Assembly: GCA_012295275.1 (NCBI GenBank)
Contig: CM022676.1
Span: 1,612,001-1,676,000 of the forward strand
DNA from: Chrysomallon squamiferum
Lineage: Eukaryota; Animalia; Mollusca
Reading direction: 5' to 3'
DNA: 64,000 nucleotides
A model generated the notes under the pieces. It searched no databases. It was not told where the DNA came from and saw nothing but the letters and a program-made list of their open reading frames with translations. This document shows positions 26,801 to 42,596 of the stretch, piece by piece. Position 1 is the first letter of the stretch, and the number at the start of each line of letters is the position of its first letter. A program made the translations under genes and the position numbers.

Positions 26801-28397
26801 TGACATTTAAATAATTATTTAAAGTGTTATTCTCACTTACCTTTGCTGTCTGTGTTCACCACTTCACCTGACTCTTTCTGAAAGACTATTTTTGCTGGTG
26901 GGTAACTTGATGGAGGTTGGCATGGCAACACAACCACCCCACCAGAGGTTGCATTAATTTTTAAGTCTACAGTATCTTGAAATTTGTTCAATACTGGAAA
27001 AGAAAGAAAAAGATTAAGCATATTTAAATTAATTTTTTTTTAATTAGACTGATTAATGTGATGGTAGATAAAATGATTTTGTTTTTCCTTTTGTTTTCTT
27101 TTTACTGATTGATTATAAAAATTCAAAATATATAATGTGTTTGAGAGTGAGTGAATACATTAATGAAAAAAAAAGAAAAGAAAAAAGTTTTATATATTAT
27201 GTAAATAATGTAAACAATACATATATATAAATAAACAATAAAGTAAATGTTAAATAAACAATGTAAACAAATTAAAAATAAATAAAGTAAAATAAATAAA
27301 TCAGACTAGTAACGAAATACCATCTAACAAAGTCATACGTTTTTTTTTAGAATATTTTGTTTACCAACTTCTAAAATCTTCAACATGCAGATTTATTTTC
27401 AAGCACTAACTTTTTCTCAGGCATTTTGCATAAAAATAATTACATAATTATTTTTCTATTATGCTCTGAAAACACTAAACCCCCTGCTGATGTGAAAACA
27501 AACTGATGTGCTCAGTGTAGGGGAGCTTATGAGGAAGGTAAACTGTTTTTAATATGCTTCAGTGTTTGAAATATGTAACCTGATATACTGATAGCATTCA
27601 GCAGCCTGCCCTATCAGCCTGCCAGACAGAAACATACACGTCTCTCATTAGTTTCAAACACTCACTCCTCTTTAGACATGTACATGTTTCAATTTAAATA
27701 CACACAATATAAAAGTTTCAAATATTTGTATGGAGTTTCTCATTCATTTAAATACTGAAATTATGAATGTTTCAAATATTTGTATTTAAATATTCAAGTT
27801 TCTTTTAAACACTCATTTGTGTTTCTTATAGATACATAATGTACAAGATTGATATACTTCATTTAAATTAGGTTTAAAATTTCATTCACAAATAAGCTGA
27901 ATTAATTAAAAAATTAAAATATATAGATATTCATACACACTTAAAAAAACATACATGCACTCCACACTCCCAGCACACAGACACAGACAAATGTAAAATA
28001 CTAATAAGCTACATAAAAAAAATAAGCAGAAGTGCAGTGCATTGTGGGTAAACAGGTGTTAAGCAGATGAGATGAGTATCTCTAGTTGATAATGTGTCAA
28101 AATGTATACATTATACACATAGCTTAAACAAACCCAGCAGCTACCAAACTGTGTATTTGTCTACAAGATTTCTGCTAAACTCTGACTTTTTTCAATGTAT
28201 TATCTATCTGCCCATTTTGTTTCCAGAACCGGCCTGTGGTTTTGTCTTTATTCTTTCTAAACTTGGCATATTTTATTTGCAAATCTGGCGTATGTTTTTG
28301 TCTGACTGTTTCTAGTTAGCCCATATTTACTATTCTAGACACTGCTTATTTTTAACTAGTGTTCTTTAAAAAAGACAGACAGACAGACACACGCACA

Positions 28398-28432
<35 letters not shown>

Positions 28433-31400
28433 TCACACACATACACTTGCTCACACACACACACACATACACACACAGTTACACACAGTTACACACATCT
28501 ACACATACTTTATTCCAACTTTTACAAACCAGCTACTTTTATTACAAAACACCAACGGACTACTGTAAGATATTTCTCCTTTGTAAATGATGTATAAAAC
28601 TCTGATATGGCAAACATGATAGTTCTTTTTTCTTTTAATTTTACAATTTAAAAATAAAAATATTTTAACTTCCTAATGTTTTTTCTATGTGCCATGATTG
28701 AAATAATGATAAGAAAGTTAAAATGAGAAACAGATATATTTTCAACACATTTATCTGGCATCTCAGAAATTATTCCTCAATAAATATACATCATTTCAAG
28801 TATTTTCTTTCTTTTTAGTGATATCTTTACATATATTTATATATATATATATATGCACATTCTATTCTTTAGGAGAAAAAAAGAAAATTCATTTTTTCTC
28901 TTTTTAAATTTTTGAAATATCTTTAAGATTAGTTTCTCTAAGACATTGTCCTTATAAATGTTTAGTTAATAATAATATTAATAACAATAATACTTTTTTT
29001 AAATTTTTAAATGTTATCTAAACAAATAAATAAATTTCTATTTAATAATAGCATAAAGGCAGGTTTAGACAGGCCATATATATATATATTTCTTTTTTTA
29101 GTTTCTTAAAAATAAAAAAAGAACCCCCCCCAAGAAAACAAAACAAAACAGAATTTAAATTAAAAAAAAATTAAATTATGTTATTTTCTTTTCTTTTTTT
29201 ACTTTTATTATTATTTTTATTTGCATTAATTTCATTTTGAAATATTGTCACAATTAAATAACCACATAGCAAAAAATAATTTTTAAATTTCTATTGTTGT
29301 ACCATAGCCTTTTAATGATTTTTAAATCTGTGTTGTTTCAGAGAGAAAAAGCAAACTTGTTTTTTTTAACGAGCTGTCAAAGCCTATATCCTACTTTAAC
29401 TGTATATCAGTTCCTTCTCTCAAAGAAAGGAGGAGGTATCACTGCACAAGAGCAAGCCAGACTGTGTTGTTTTTAACATGTTTTCTTCATTAGTGTCACA
29501 CAGGTCTGTGGAATGAATTACTGTGTAAAACAGAGCCTCCCCACTTCTCCTTGTGTCATGATCGTTTACTAGCAAGTGTCAGGTGACACTGTGAAATTAA
29601 TACAGGCCTCTGGTGTCCTTCAACATTTTTCTTATATACAGACTATACATACACACAAACACAGAGACACATATACTATACAACAAAAAAAAAGGTAACC
29701 CATTTATAAAGATAATTAACTTTACTTTGAAAGGTCATTCTTATTGGAAAAATAACTTTACAAATAAAAAAAACTATTAGTTCAGAAGATAACTCTTATA
29801 GTGACATCTCTCTGTGTAAAATGATAACTAACAAGGAAAGAAAAATCTAAATTGAAATATAACAAGAAAAGATAACTCTAAAAGAAAGTGACTTAATGCT
29901 AAAGTATGAAACAGTTACTCTATAGCGAAAGATAACTCTGCAAATTACTGTAAAGGATTTTATCAGAAAGATAATTCTACTAATACAACAATCACCTAGA
30001 AGAATTCTCTAAGGAAAGGTAACTCACCTGGTTTTTTCAATACTGCTGGTTTGCTGATGATGGAGCCAGCAGACGTTGTTGCTATACACTGGTAAACTCC
30101 AGTCTTTGTGTCCTCAGCATTTTTAATATGTAAGTTGGTTCCCTGCATGTTAATACCATTGTGTGTTCTGGGATCAAGTTGTTTTGAGTTAAACAGCCAA
30201 CGGACAGAGGCACTGCTGGGTGAGACTTGGCAGTGAAGTGTCACAGGTGCATTCTGGGAAATCACAGTCGATTCAGGTTCCTTGACAAAGGATGGCATCA
30301 TATCTGTAAGAAAAAAAGAAAAAAGATTATAAAAATATTTTGTATTATATATACTGGAATAATTTAACTAAATAGAATAAGAAGAATTTCATATTTAATG
30401 ATACACTGAAGATTTAGTCTATATCAACATCTGCATGATTATGTATGAGAAGATCTTCTTTTAGCTTCACACAGACAGAATGTCATGTCATAGATTTTCA
30501 TAAAGCAGTCATATAGAAAATTCAAAATACAATAATAATAGAAGATAACAATAACAACAACAACAACAACAATAATAAAAGTAACAGTAACAGTAATAAC
30601 AACAATAACTATAACTTTTTTCAACGAAATGTATAAAAATCTGAAATATTATAAAAGGAAATTTAAAAATATATAAAAAGAAGAATGTTTGCATTTGTTT
30701 AAAAATCTGAATTATAAAAAGGATATATAAAAAAGGGAGAAAATTCTAAATGTGTAGAAAAATGAGAGATGGTATAAAGGAAAATTAAAAAAAAAAAAAG
30801 AGGAATATTTTGAATGTGTGTATGCATATATTTCTGAGGAAGTATAAATGGAAATTATTTTTTAAAAAAGACTAGTATTGAGTATAAATATCTGAGATAG
30901 TCAATGTTACAGATGACCAGGTGTGAAGAGTTAAGGAAGATTAAGAAAATAGAAATAGTGTCAGAGTGAAAAATGTTGTGGATGACACTTGTCAAAGAAA
31001 CACTGTAACAGTATCACATGGTCCTAAGTCGCCAAGTCAAGGCAACAAACAATTTGAAAACCTGGAGATTCAGACCCTGTGACCACTTAATGAGGTTCTG
31101 TCAAACCAGCGAAGCAAACCAGAGCTACTTGTAGATAGGAACAAACAAAAAAACAGGTAGAGAAAAAAAACACAAAGGGAATTCTTCCAGTGACACTTGC
31201 TATTCAACTGTGGGTTACCCAGTGGGGGAATTGTAATTCTGTCAAGCAGAAAATACATTTCCCTCAAAGCTTGGTAATTTTCTTTCTAAAAATATGATTG
31301 TCCAAACATACAGGACATTGTATGTAAGGAGCAGGTACACAAGCTATAATTTGAAGAAGCAATCACAGTCGTTGAAAATTCTAACTTGTGTGATATTAAT

Positions 31401-33033
31401 AACATGGTTAAACGAAGCATGGACTCTCCTACTAGCTAATCTTGTGTAATTAAAGCTTCGTTTCACTTCAGCTCATTGTAAAAGTCGAGACAGGTCTTTT
31501 TAAACTTGTTTTTCTTTTGTACATCCAGTGAAAAAAGCTATCAATTTTACTTGTATCCCATAGTCCCAGTTGGTTGTCTGTTGTAACCATGACAACACAC
31601 ACCCTTGTATTATAAATTATTTTTTTTTCTCCCCTTCAGTCATCAATGTGTCTGAATTAGGGGAGGACGAATATTTTTCTGTCTTTATAAAGACGGCAAA
31701 TACATCTCACGTAGTTTTTGTACTCAAATTATTCCCCCTGACTTTTGACAATTCTGTCAACATTGCATAGCTCAGTATGATGGTCTGAAAAGAAGCAACA
31801 TGGTGGAAAACTCTATTATGTGTCCACAGCAGAGTGAAATAATGACATTTTCTAAGCTGCTAGACGCACAAGTCAGGCAAGACTACACCATTGTCAGCTA
31901 AATTATACGTTACTATTTCCCAGCCTGTTTTTACCCATTTCTCTTCCACCCAGCCACACTGTGAGGTGGAGTAATGCATAGGTATGATGTCGTAGTCAGG
32001 TGACATCATTGTTACACAGCTCTCTAAAGTATTTTCTTTTCTCTTCAAAACTTTGGTCTATTTGACTCCATTCCACTTGACTTGAATTTTTTATATTTTT
32101 TCTACCCCAAGTTTGTATCATGAAGAAACTTTACAACTTTTATTTTCAGTTTTGTACTAAACTTCGTTCTCTGTGATTTTTCTTCCACTTGATTTAAATT
32201 TTTTATGCTTCTAAATACTTTTTATTCATTATGATTGTATCATGTAAAAACTTTACTACTTGTATTTTCTGTTTTTTACAAAACGTTGTTCTGTAAATAA
32301 ATCTTTTTCCATTTGACTTCTCTTTTTTATATTCTTTTTCTTCTTTATTTTTTTTTTATGGATCTTAATATATTCATGTAAATCTTACATATTTCATTTT
32401 CTTTTCTGCACAAAACTTTCCTGTACAGAAATGTTTCCACTCGACCTGAAATATTTTTATGTCAGAAATGTTTTTTGTACATTACAATACATTCTTGCTA
32501 AAACTATTTTATTATTCTGTTTTTATAAGCATATTTTCTTATATATATATATATATATATATATAACACCATGATTGGTTCATATAGAAACTTTAGAACT
32601 TTTACTTTTATGTAAAAGAAATAACATATGATATGTAATTCATTTTCTGCTGAATGTGTATTTCTAAATATTTTTGGATGCCATGACACGCACATGAACA
32701 GACTTACATTGTAAGATCATGTAGTTAAGAACTATAAATTAAACATCACTGTGAAAGAAATAAGGTGTAATTCTGTGGTTTTAATGTCAAGTGGTATCCG
32801 TATCTAGTACTGAAATCCTACCTCTAAATCAAAACATATCTAACATAGTGTCAATAGGTGAACAACAAAATATGATTAATATAATTTTTTTTTAAATACA
32901 TAAATAATAATAATAATAATCATAATCATAAGTAGTAGAAGTAGTAGTAATAAGAGTAATAATAATTTAAAAAATTCTGTAATTTTATTACATAATTTTT
33001 GCAGTTCATATATTTTATTTTATGATTTAAATG

Positions 33034-33086
<53 letters not shown>

Positions 33087-36000
33087 GTAAAAAAAATAAA
33101 AATAAGAAAAGTTAAAAAAAAAAAAATGAGATAGTTAAGCAGCACATTTTCTTTATAATCTGATTTTTGTTTGTGATTTTTAGAATGCTGAAAATCAGCA
33201 TGATGCTGTAGTAGCAGTGTTTGAAGTTGATGTCAGATTTAAAAAGCTGTCAGAAAAAGAACAATTTATATGAATGTAGATGTTGTCTGTTGAGAATGAG
33301 GGTGGTCTGGAACCACCATGCTGTGCATAGCCGTCTGTAATACTCTTTCAAAACATTCTTTTTTTCACCATCTTTCTATTTCATCAAATAAATAATATAA
33401 AATAATCTAAACCAAAATATCCTTAGAGAAATATCATCTTTCCTATTAATAAATATAATAAAAAATATATACTTAATTTCAAAATATTCTTTGTGAAACA
33501 TGTTTCACCTCTTTACTATTCCAAGTAAATAATATCCTTTTGAGAAACTTCTTCAAATAATATTTACTGTAAAAACATTTAAATTTAATTCAAAATATTT
33601 TCTGAATAATTTAACAGTTTTGAGAATCAATGAATTAATCTATAATGTCAATTAAAGTAATTTGACTTTTTCCTATGACTGACTAAATAGAAAGATTTCA
33701 AAATTTTCTTTTCCATGCATGATTTATAATATTTGTTATTAATTTTTAATCAAATAAATGTTTATATTGTAATAATGAAAGTGATAAGAAATATTTCCAA
33801 AACAATTTGACATAAATATTAGTAAACTCTGGTTTATTAAAAAAGACCACCTATGATAAAAAAATATTAATGAATCAGACAAAACAGCCTATTAGTAAAG
33901 TAATTTATGAGTTTGTTAAAAACCACACCAAGAAAAATAAAACCAATGTTAATGATGATGATAAATTAATTACCAAGACATTAACTTTAATTGTGATTGT
34001 CATTATTAATCTTTTCCTCATTAACTCTTACAGTTTCACAGATTAATAAACTGCAATATGGCCTCTGGACAGAGTGTTTATGTAACTTTGTTTTACAGTT
34101 CAGGACAGGTGAGTTAAATACAGCATGTTATCAACATGTCAAACAATATATTGTTTTTTTAACCCCATCCTCATGTCACACTTAAATCATTAACTTTTTT
34201 GTATTTCACTGGTCTATTCACCACGGCTACATATAATCACATTTAATATACATGCATGTATAAAAAGGAATGCTTAGAATTGCCAAAATCAATTTAATTT
34301 TACACAAAATTATAAACTCAGCTTTAGCTGCCATCCAACAAAAACATATTTTTAAGAACAAAACTGTATGTGTATGTACACAAAAACACACACACACAAA
34401 CACATCCACCCACCCACCCATTTGGAATAGCAAAGGGGTGGGTGAACAGTTTCACAAAGAATATTTCAAAATTAGGCATATTTTTTATTATATTTATTAA
34501 TAGGAAAGATATTGTTTCTCCAAGAATATTTTTTACAGGGTATTGTATATTTATTTAATGAAACAGGAAAGATATTTATATATCAAATACATATTTATTT
34601 AAAAAAAAATTAAAAATGGCTGATGAAAACAATTTGGTGTAATAACCACTAGATACATTTCAACACACCATGAAAACAGCTACTTTACTTTTTTACCTCC
34701 AGAACAAATATCTGGCATATAAATATTTTTAACTCCTGTATAACACTTTTTAATTATCTAAACATTCCTATACCACTTCATCATCTTCAAACATTATTTT
34801 ATCTAAACATTAACTCTACTATCCAGTTATCTAAACATTTCAACTACAATAGTATCTTTCGTTATTTAAACATAAATTATTTATCTAAACATCTTAGATC
34901 TAGTATTCAGTGATTACCTAAAGATTTTAACTCTAATATTATATATTATCTAAATGTAATTACCTATTTATCTAAATATATAAACCCATCTTACATATTT
35001 CATTATCTATACATTTGCCAGACTAATGGATGTTTATTTACATTTTATACGAGGTTACGAGGTTTCCTTCATTAAGTCAAATTGATTTAAAATTAACATC
35101 TGTTGCTTCATTCTGTGTAATTAGTGCGACGTTTACCCAGCACAATTTACAAAAATTATCAAAACTTGGCTCATTTTATCAAAGCCAATGATAGTGACAT
35201 GAAAAACGTGTTTGATGTCAGAGCACAGACTGACTATTTAAACTTAGCTTTTTATAACCTCAGAAATTATTTATTTAGTTCAGACATTATTGTTTGTTTT
35301 CACTCTTACATATTTATTACTAAAATTTCTCCATATATATACTATCTTGGCTACTTAAAACAATTGTAGAATGTAAGAAAAGCCATTAATTTTGTATGTC
35401 TTTTTCTCCCTCCTATTCCAGTCCAAAATAACTGAGGAGCATCTTTGTTTAAATCAAACAAAGTAACATTTTATAAAAATTAGTTTTCTTTCTTTTTTTT
35501 TGCATTCCATCCAGAAATAAGAAATGACTGTGCATGAATAATATTAATTTGTGTCACTGGCATCTTGATTGCTTAACATATACATTTCTCACACAAAAAA
35601 AAGAAAAACAAAGTAATAATAATAATAAATAAATAAATAAATAAATATAAATAAATAAATAAATAAGGGAAATGATTCTGCCTAAGTCTTTCTCATGGAA
35701 AACTTTACCATTCTATTTCCAAAGCCTAAAAACATGTTATATAGATATTCAGACGGGTTGTAGGAAAAAACGTCACCAGAAAAAAAAAGGCATCCGAAAT
35801 GGCACTATGCAGATTTGGAAAAAGTGTCTCCTCGTTTATTTAAAAAAAAAAATGTAAAGTTCCTTTAAAAAAATTCATGCAATATTGTTATACAGGTCTA
35901 TTTAAGTTATTTTTAAAGCAACTATATAAAAAAAATAATAATAATATGGTGCCATTTTTTCCTAATCTGCAGTGCCATTTATTCCGGGTGCCCTTTTTTC

Positions 36001-39000
36001 TGTACCCCATTCAGACTATATGCCAAATATCTAACATGTAAATAAATATAAGAAATTAATATATGAATGCATTATATAGACATTCAGACTACACATAAAA
36101 TATCCAAATGATAACTAAAGAAAAAAAAAAGGAAATATATGATTATATATAGACATTCAGACTACCTGTAAAATATCTGTAAAATGCAGGGATGGGTTTT
36201 AATCAGTTTAATGCTTGACAATCCCAGAAAGTTATTTAAGTTAATGTTCTTTCTCATTTTCATAATCATTCATCTTTAAATTCTGTGTTGTCAGCGTTTC
36301 CCATTAAAGTAATAAACATCTATACACAATACACAACTCATATATCTCATTATACTAACATAAATACCGTTTTCCTAAAGCCTATACTTTAAAAAAAATA
36401 TATATAAAATTCATTTAAAAAAAAATATGTAATTTATTTTCAAACTCATTACACTAAGTACATTTTTATTTTCTCTTAAACTATATATTATCTTCTCAAT
36501 TTCAGCACCTGAAAAAAAAAAAACCTACCAAAATTATCTACATATTCAAAACAGTCTTCTAAGCAACCAGTTCTGGTTTGTAATAACACTGACTAATCCG
36601 GAGTCAAACCCAGTCATTAAGAGAGTACACTTCAAAGTAATCTTAACATGAAATTTACTCTAATTTTCATCTCCACTGAGCATGACAGCCATTTTTCTTA
36701 GAACTTCTTCACAAATTACAAACACTGGATCCAAGCTGGCTTTAGAGAAAGAAAATCTGTTTAGAAATATTTCCTAGCCTCTCTGTTCTGTGTTGTTGAT
36801 AAACACTCTTCACTAGAAAACAAAACTTCCGCATAGTTTCTAAGCATCTGATCTGAGTTTGAAATATGTGATGACCAGCATGGTATGACATGTAACATAT
36901 TGTAATCTGCTTTGCAATCAAGAAACAAAACTTATATATGAAATAATTATAATTAGTAAATTAGCAGAATACTGAAGTTGGTTATTCAGAAATATAAATT
37001 AGTTAAAAAATAATAATCACTGATTATTAAATGGTTAGTTAAATAGTCATACATGCATTTACACACCCATCTGTGTGTATGTAATTTTATATTATTCTTT
37101 ACTTATTTTAGAAGGAATAAAGACTAGAATGTTATAAACAAGCAGGAGGCTACCCAACTGATGCTTGGTGCACTTGTAAACACACAAAGTTTAAATGTGA
37201 CAGGAACACTGGATGTATCTGTCAGCAAAGTCATAACTGTTGCCATGAAGCTCCATGAAACCGGGTTTTACTGGAGTCACTGATGTTACCACAGTAACAG
37301 TGCAGAACAAACAGGTGGTGATACCAGCATGAAAAACACACCTCCTCAATTCATTTACTGCCCTGTGAACATCACTGCCTCCTCCTTAATTTTATATAGT
37401 CCTACTTACACACACATTACAGCTTCAAAACTGTAAATAGCTTTTTTGATATTTTAAATAAATTTAATTTCTCTTTCTAAATCTACCGATTCAGAAAAAA
37501 TCTAAATAATAAATGCATTTTATAACTTTTAAATCAAATTAAATAAAATGTCTTTTATTTTTTCATTTTCCTTATTTGAAAGCAAATAAATAAAATATAA
37601 ATAAAAAATATAAACAGCAACATGTTAAGTAGATACATCTAGCCTTTTGTTCTGATGTCAAATACTTGATCTCCTTTTAATTGTTTTAAAATCATTTTTA
37701 TTTTTAGCAATCTTCTTTGAACATGCTGAACAGAAAAGCAAAAATTATGTTTTCTACACATAAACAACAGCTGCAACAACACTGTAACAACAACTGCAAC
37801 AACATTCTTATACCAAAACTAAAAGCAAACAATGATCAAAGAAAACAAAACAAATAAAGTTTCAAGTTAAAAATATTTCTTCACTAATAAATCATTAACG
37901 TTTTTGTTTAACATCATTATAGGTAAGTTGAAGATTTAAAAAAAATATTTTTTTAAATTATATATTTTAAACACATAAATTTTTAGTTTAGTGACAACTT
38001 AAAGAGATCATGTTTCAAATGAAATAAATAACAAAAAAACTGTATGTAAAATTCAAGAATATTTTCTTGTGTTTTTAGTTTTTGTAAGAAAAAAATACCA
38101 CGAAACCAAAATATTAAAAAGAAGAAAAAATGCTTGATTTTTGAATATCAAGGAATTTTAGAATGTCAGTGAAAGATAAAAAAAAAATACTACTAATAAA
38201 ATATACATATAACAAGATAAAAATCTAGAAAAATAAAAAAGAAGGAATAAATATAGTTACAAGAAAAAGAAAGAAAAAATCAGTAACATTAATATTATGA
38301 AAAAAATTTAATAATAATAATAAAAAAAATAAAAATATGAAACCCCCCCCAACCAAAACATTACTTATTATGAAAAACAACTTCCAGAGGTACAATACAA
38401 AACAAACATTCATTTAAAATAAATACAATTATAGATTTAAAATATGCAAACTCACAAACCTTTATTTATAATATAAAAGAATACAAACATATTTCAATAT
38501 GGAACAACACAAACATAAAGTATGATCTGTGTAAGACTAAGTGAGTAACAAGTTGTTATGATTTAACATGTCAGAGAACACGGACTCCAATGTCTTTCTC
38601 TGTTGACCAGCACTGCACTGATAAAAGGATTTGTTTGCCTGGCTCATCTGTTACAATATTGTGATGCAAATCCACAACTAAGCCTATTCAAAGGTACCAG
38701 CTACTTGTATGAAAAGCAAAGAATTAAGTTGCAAAGTAAACAGTTTGAAGATAGAATAACAACTCAGCATACTTGTCAGGTTAGAAAGATGTATGTTGAC
38801 AAGATACTCACTATCCTGCTCACAGCAGTGTAAGACATGTGTAGGTAGGATACACAGATCTGTGAGCAGGATAATGCAGATGATATACTTACCTGTGAGT
38901 AACAAGTTTGCAAGGATAGTGTCACTGAGTAGGTGTCAGAAAGTATGTAGATACTGTGAATATACCATTGAGTAAATAGGATATACTGGCAGTGAGTACA

Positions 39001-39726
39001 CTAAATAGGATATACTTGTCTGTGAACAGTGCAGTGTAAGTGATATAGCACATTGTTTGACCTGTCACAATAAATTTATTTCACCACTTTTTTATCTTAA
39101 CAAAACCTGGAACTTCTTTTAAAAATAAAAAAAATTCAAGAGAGACATTTATGAGGTGGTTTGGTAAGAAGGTTGTATTTTCGGATATTTACAACTATTT
39201 CAAACCCTAACTTTATTTATTATGTAAATCTGTGGATTTTTTTAAATTGTAATAGAGCATGCAGATATAAAAAGAAAATATAAAATAATACTTCATATAA
39301 ATGAAAAATATGTATAATCTCTTTAATGTATGGCATTCATTAAAGTATAATGAAATAAACTCATTTAAATAATTATTTTATGTAAACTATATACCATAAT
39401 TATGTTCACAATGTGTTTGGCTACACACACACACTAGAGTACTTTTATCAATAAAAATATTTAATGCAGTGCTTTCATTAACATCACAACTAATATAAAC
39501 TTTTAAATTGTTGTTTTATGTAACTATAGTAACGACTAATTGTTTGCTTTTAACACACATTAGAATATTAATAAAGTGATAAAACGATGTGTATGATTGA
39601 TTATATGGCCAGTAACTGTATAATCAGATAACTGTTTTCTTTTTGAACAAAACAACAAACTGAGAAGAAAAAAGAATACAAGACTTTCAGAGAGACAGGA
39701 TACATACTCAGAAGAAAAGAAAGTAA

Positions 39727-39770
<44 letters not shown>

Positions 39771-41876
39771 ATGAATGTATGGTGCCTTTTGTGAACTATC
39801 TGTAGCAGACAGAAGCAATCAATTTTCTTTAGTATCTTATCATAAACAGAAAAATTGAAGGAGAAGCAGCCAACTAAGGAGGGTAGAACCTCACATGAGA
39901 GCTGTAACCACAAATGACTCCCACACCAAGAGGAGGAAAAAGAAGAGACTTAAGGAAGATATGTCAATGAAATTTCTTCAAACAACAAAAAAAAATTTGT
40001 TGCAGAATTTGTGGCACTGAAATGTATATAAATTTATCTACACAGCAATAGGCAGCAAAGCAAACACTGGGAACTAGCAAATTGCTGTAGAAAACAGTGA
40101 AAAAGAATTGTCAAAATTTTCACAATTGGAATGCAGCTTGCAAATAGCAGAGTTTCAACAAAACAATTTATCATCTGTCCCCAATATCCAGTTGTCATGG
40201 CAACTCTCATTTCATCCTTACAGTGATTTTTGCTGCATTAACAAAGGCCCATGGGAGATACACATTACATTTCTGGTTTTATACATATTAACTTTAGTGT
40301 GTGATAAGTTTGAAATGTATAAATAATTTATTATTCTATTAATATATTTCAAAGTATTCAGATTTCTGAGAAATATTATAAAAAATTAAGTTATATCATC
40401 ATAATCACACACACCCTACATGAATAAAAATGGTTAAATATGTAAAATTATGTAAATATAATCTATTAATTTCATATTTTAATCTGACTTTTAAGAACAT
40501 TAAGAACATTATTTATTCACATGAGGTAACTTAATGTTGTTTTAAATGAAATATCTAAATGTCATTTACATTATTATAATAAATTATTTTACTAATAGAT
40601 TTTTAAAATCTGGTTAAAAGTTTCACTGAAATTTTATGTAATGTCACATTAGTGAGAAATTATCTATCATAAATTAAATATTCATTAAAAAAAGGAAACA
40701 TATTTGAAAACTAAATATGATAATGTAAAGTTGCTACAAATAAATTATTTTATAATCAAAATTTTTGTATAAATAAATTAAAATTTTTGTATAAATAAAA
40801 TTAAAATCTTCTAATTAAATCTTAATATACCAAATTGTCTGAAAAAGACTATGAGAGGTATAATGTTTCTGTTAATTGTGTCACAACAGAGAAAGGTAAA
40901 ACAGGTATGAGAACAATAAAAGTTGAATGACACGTCAAGGTGTGAGGTGAGGACATAGTTTGGTTATAAATGTCACAACCTGCTCACTTAACTCAAAACT
41001 CACTCATAAAATAAAATTTAGCTTATAAACATTCTGAAATGGAGACTCTTACAGTATCAGCATAGCTATCCAAGTAATACATTTGTGAACAAACACCCAT
41101 GTTAGTGCTTTTATATGTATTCACTGTACATGTATTTTGTGTATATATATATATATATATATATATACACTCAAGTTTTTCAATACATTAAAAACATGCT
41201 ACTCTAGAATTCAGTTACAACTCTTGAAAATGTAATTTAAAACAATTCCCTCCCCCCCGACAAAAAAGAAAACAATAAAAAGCAACTTAACACCCCCAAT
41301 TATCTTTAAAATCTTATTATATATTTTAAAATATACATATATATCTTTTGTTACCAAGCTTAAAAAAAAATCCACGATTCTTGAGCTATTTTCTCATTCA
41401 CAGTTTTCTTTTTTTCTTTACTTCATTCAGATTTGATAGCTTGAATATGCATCAACAAATGTCTCAAAAACACATTTGCACAATATTTCTTCAGTGCTGT
41501 TTTTCTTGTAACATGAAGAGCAAGGATCCAAATAATGCAACAGCCATGGCGTTACAACAGTCAGTGCTGCTGCAGAATGCAATGGTTTTCCCATAACAAC
41601 AGTAAGACATTTGTTAAAGATTCATGATTATAGGGAACTTGTAGAAGATAATTTTAGAGTAATTTAGCATGCAGTAAATGGGTCGTACATTAGTAACACA
41701 TCAGTTAAAAGTCTGTGTTACATATAACATCAGTTAAAAGTTTGTACTGCACCTATTAGTAAATGTAAGGTAACAATGATTTTTATGTTTCTGTAACATA
41801 CAGATCAATGAAATATGTACAGATAGGTACTTTGCTATGATAATTTAATTAAAAAAATAATTTTTAAATTTAGGAA

Positions 41877-41947
<71 letters not shown>

Positions 41948-42539
41948 AACACATTTTCTTATTTGTAAAATTATAAAGATTATTCATTTTCTTTTAACCA
42001 AAACCAATAAAATTAAAAAAAAATAATAATAATATCTAAGATAATATTATTTCACTGTATGAAATTCATTTTTCTTCTTAAAGGTATTTCTAGGTAAAAC
42101 TTTTTAAACTAACTTTAGGATGACCTTGTCTTCCTTAAATCCCTTCTGTGTAAAAATAAGTAAATTCAGGATACAATATTTCTTGTTAACACCTTAGATT
42201 ACAGATAAAAGTTCTTGCGTCTTTGATCTGTGAGTTCTGGGTGCAGGTTAGACAGGTAAACACAGAGAGAAGTCTGCACAGGTTGATCAATTAACAGTGG
42301 ACAATAGAGGTACATTCCTACCTGGTCAAACACCTGTACTGTTGTTCATGTAACACACTGTGACTAGAATATACAGCTTAACACTGGTGGCATTATCTTG
42401 ACATAAACCTTCACATATAAAAATGTGCTATTCTGTTATGACAGTAATATAAGTCTTCAAAAAGATGGGTGACTTACAACATAAATATAAACTTTGCAAT
42501 GGTAGGAATTGTTTGTAATATGAATAATAATAACAATAA

Positions 42540-42596
<57 letters not shown>

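Noticed and set aside
38790-39060. Perfect minus-strand donor CAG|GTAAGT at 38887-38895 as a hidden exon
   Set aside because: It lies in a degenerate GATATACT..GTGAGT repeat with no convincing acceptor or Ig-like reading frame.
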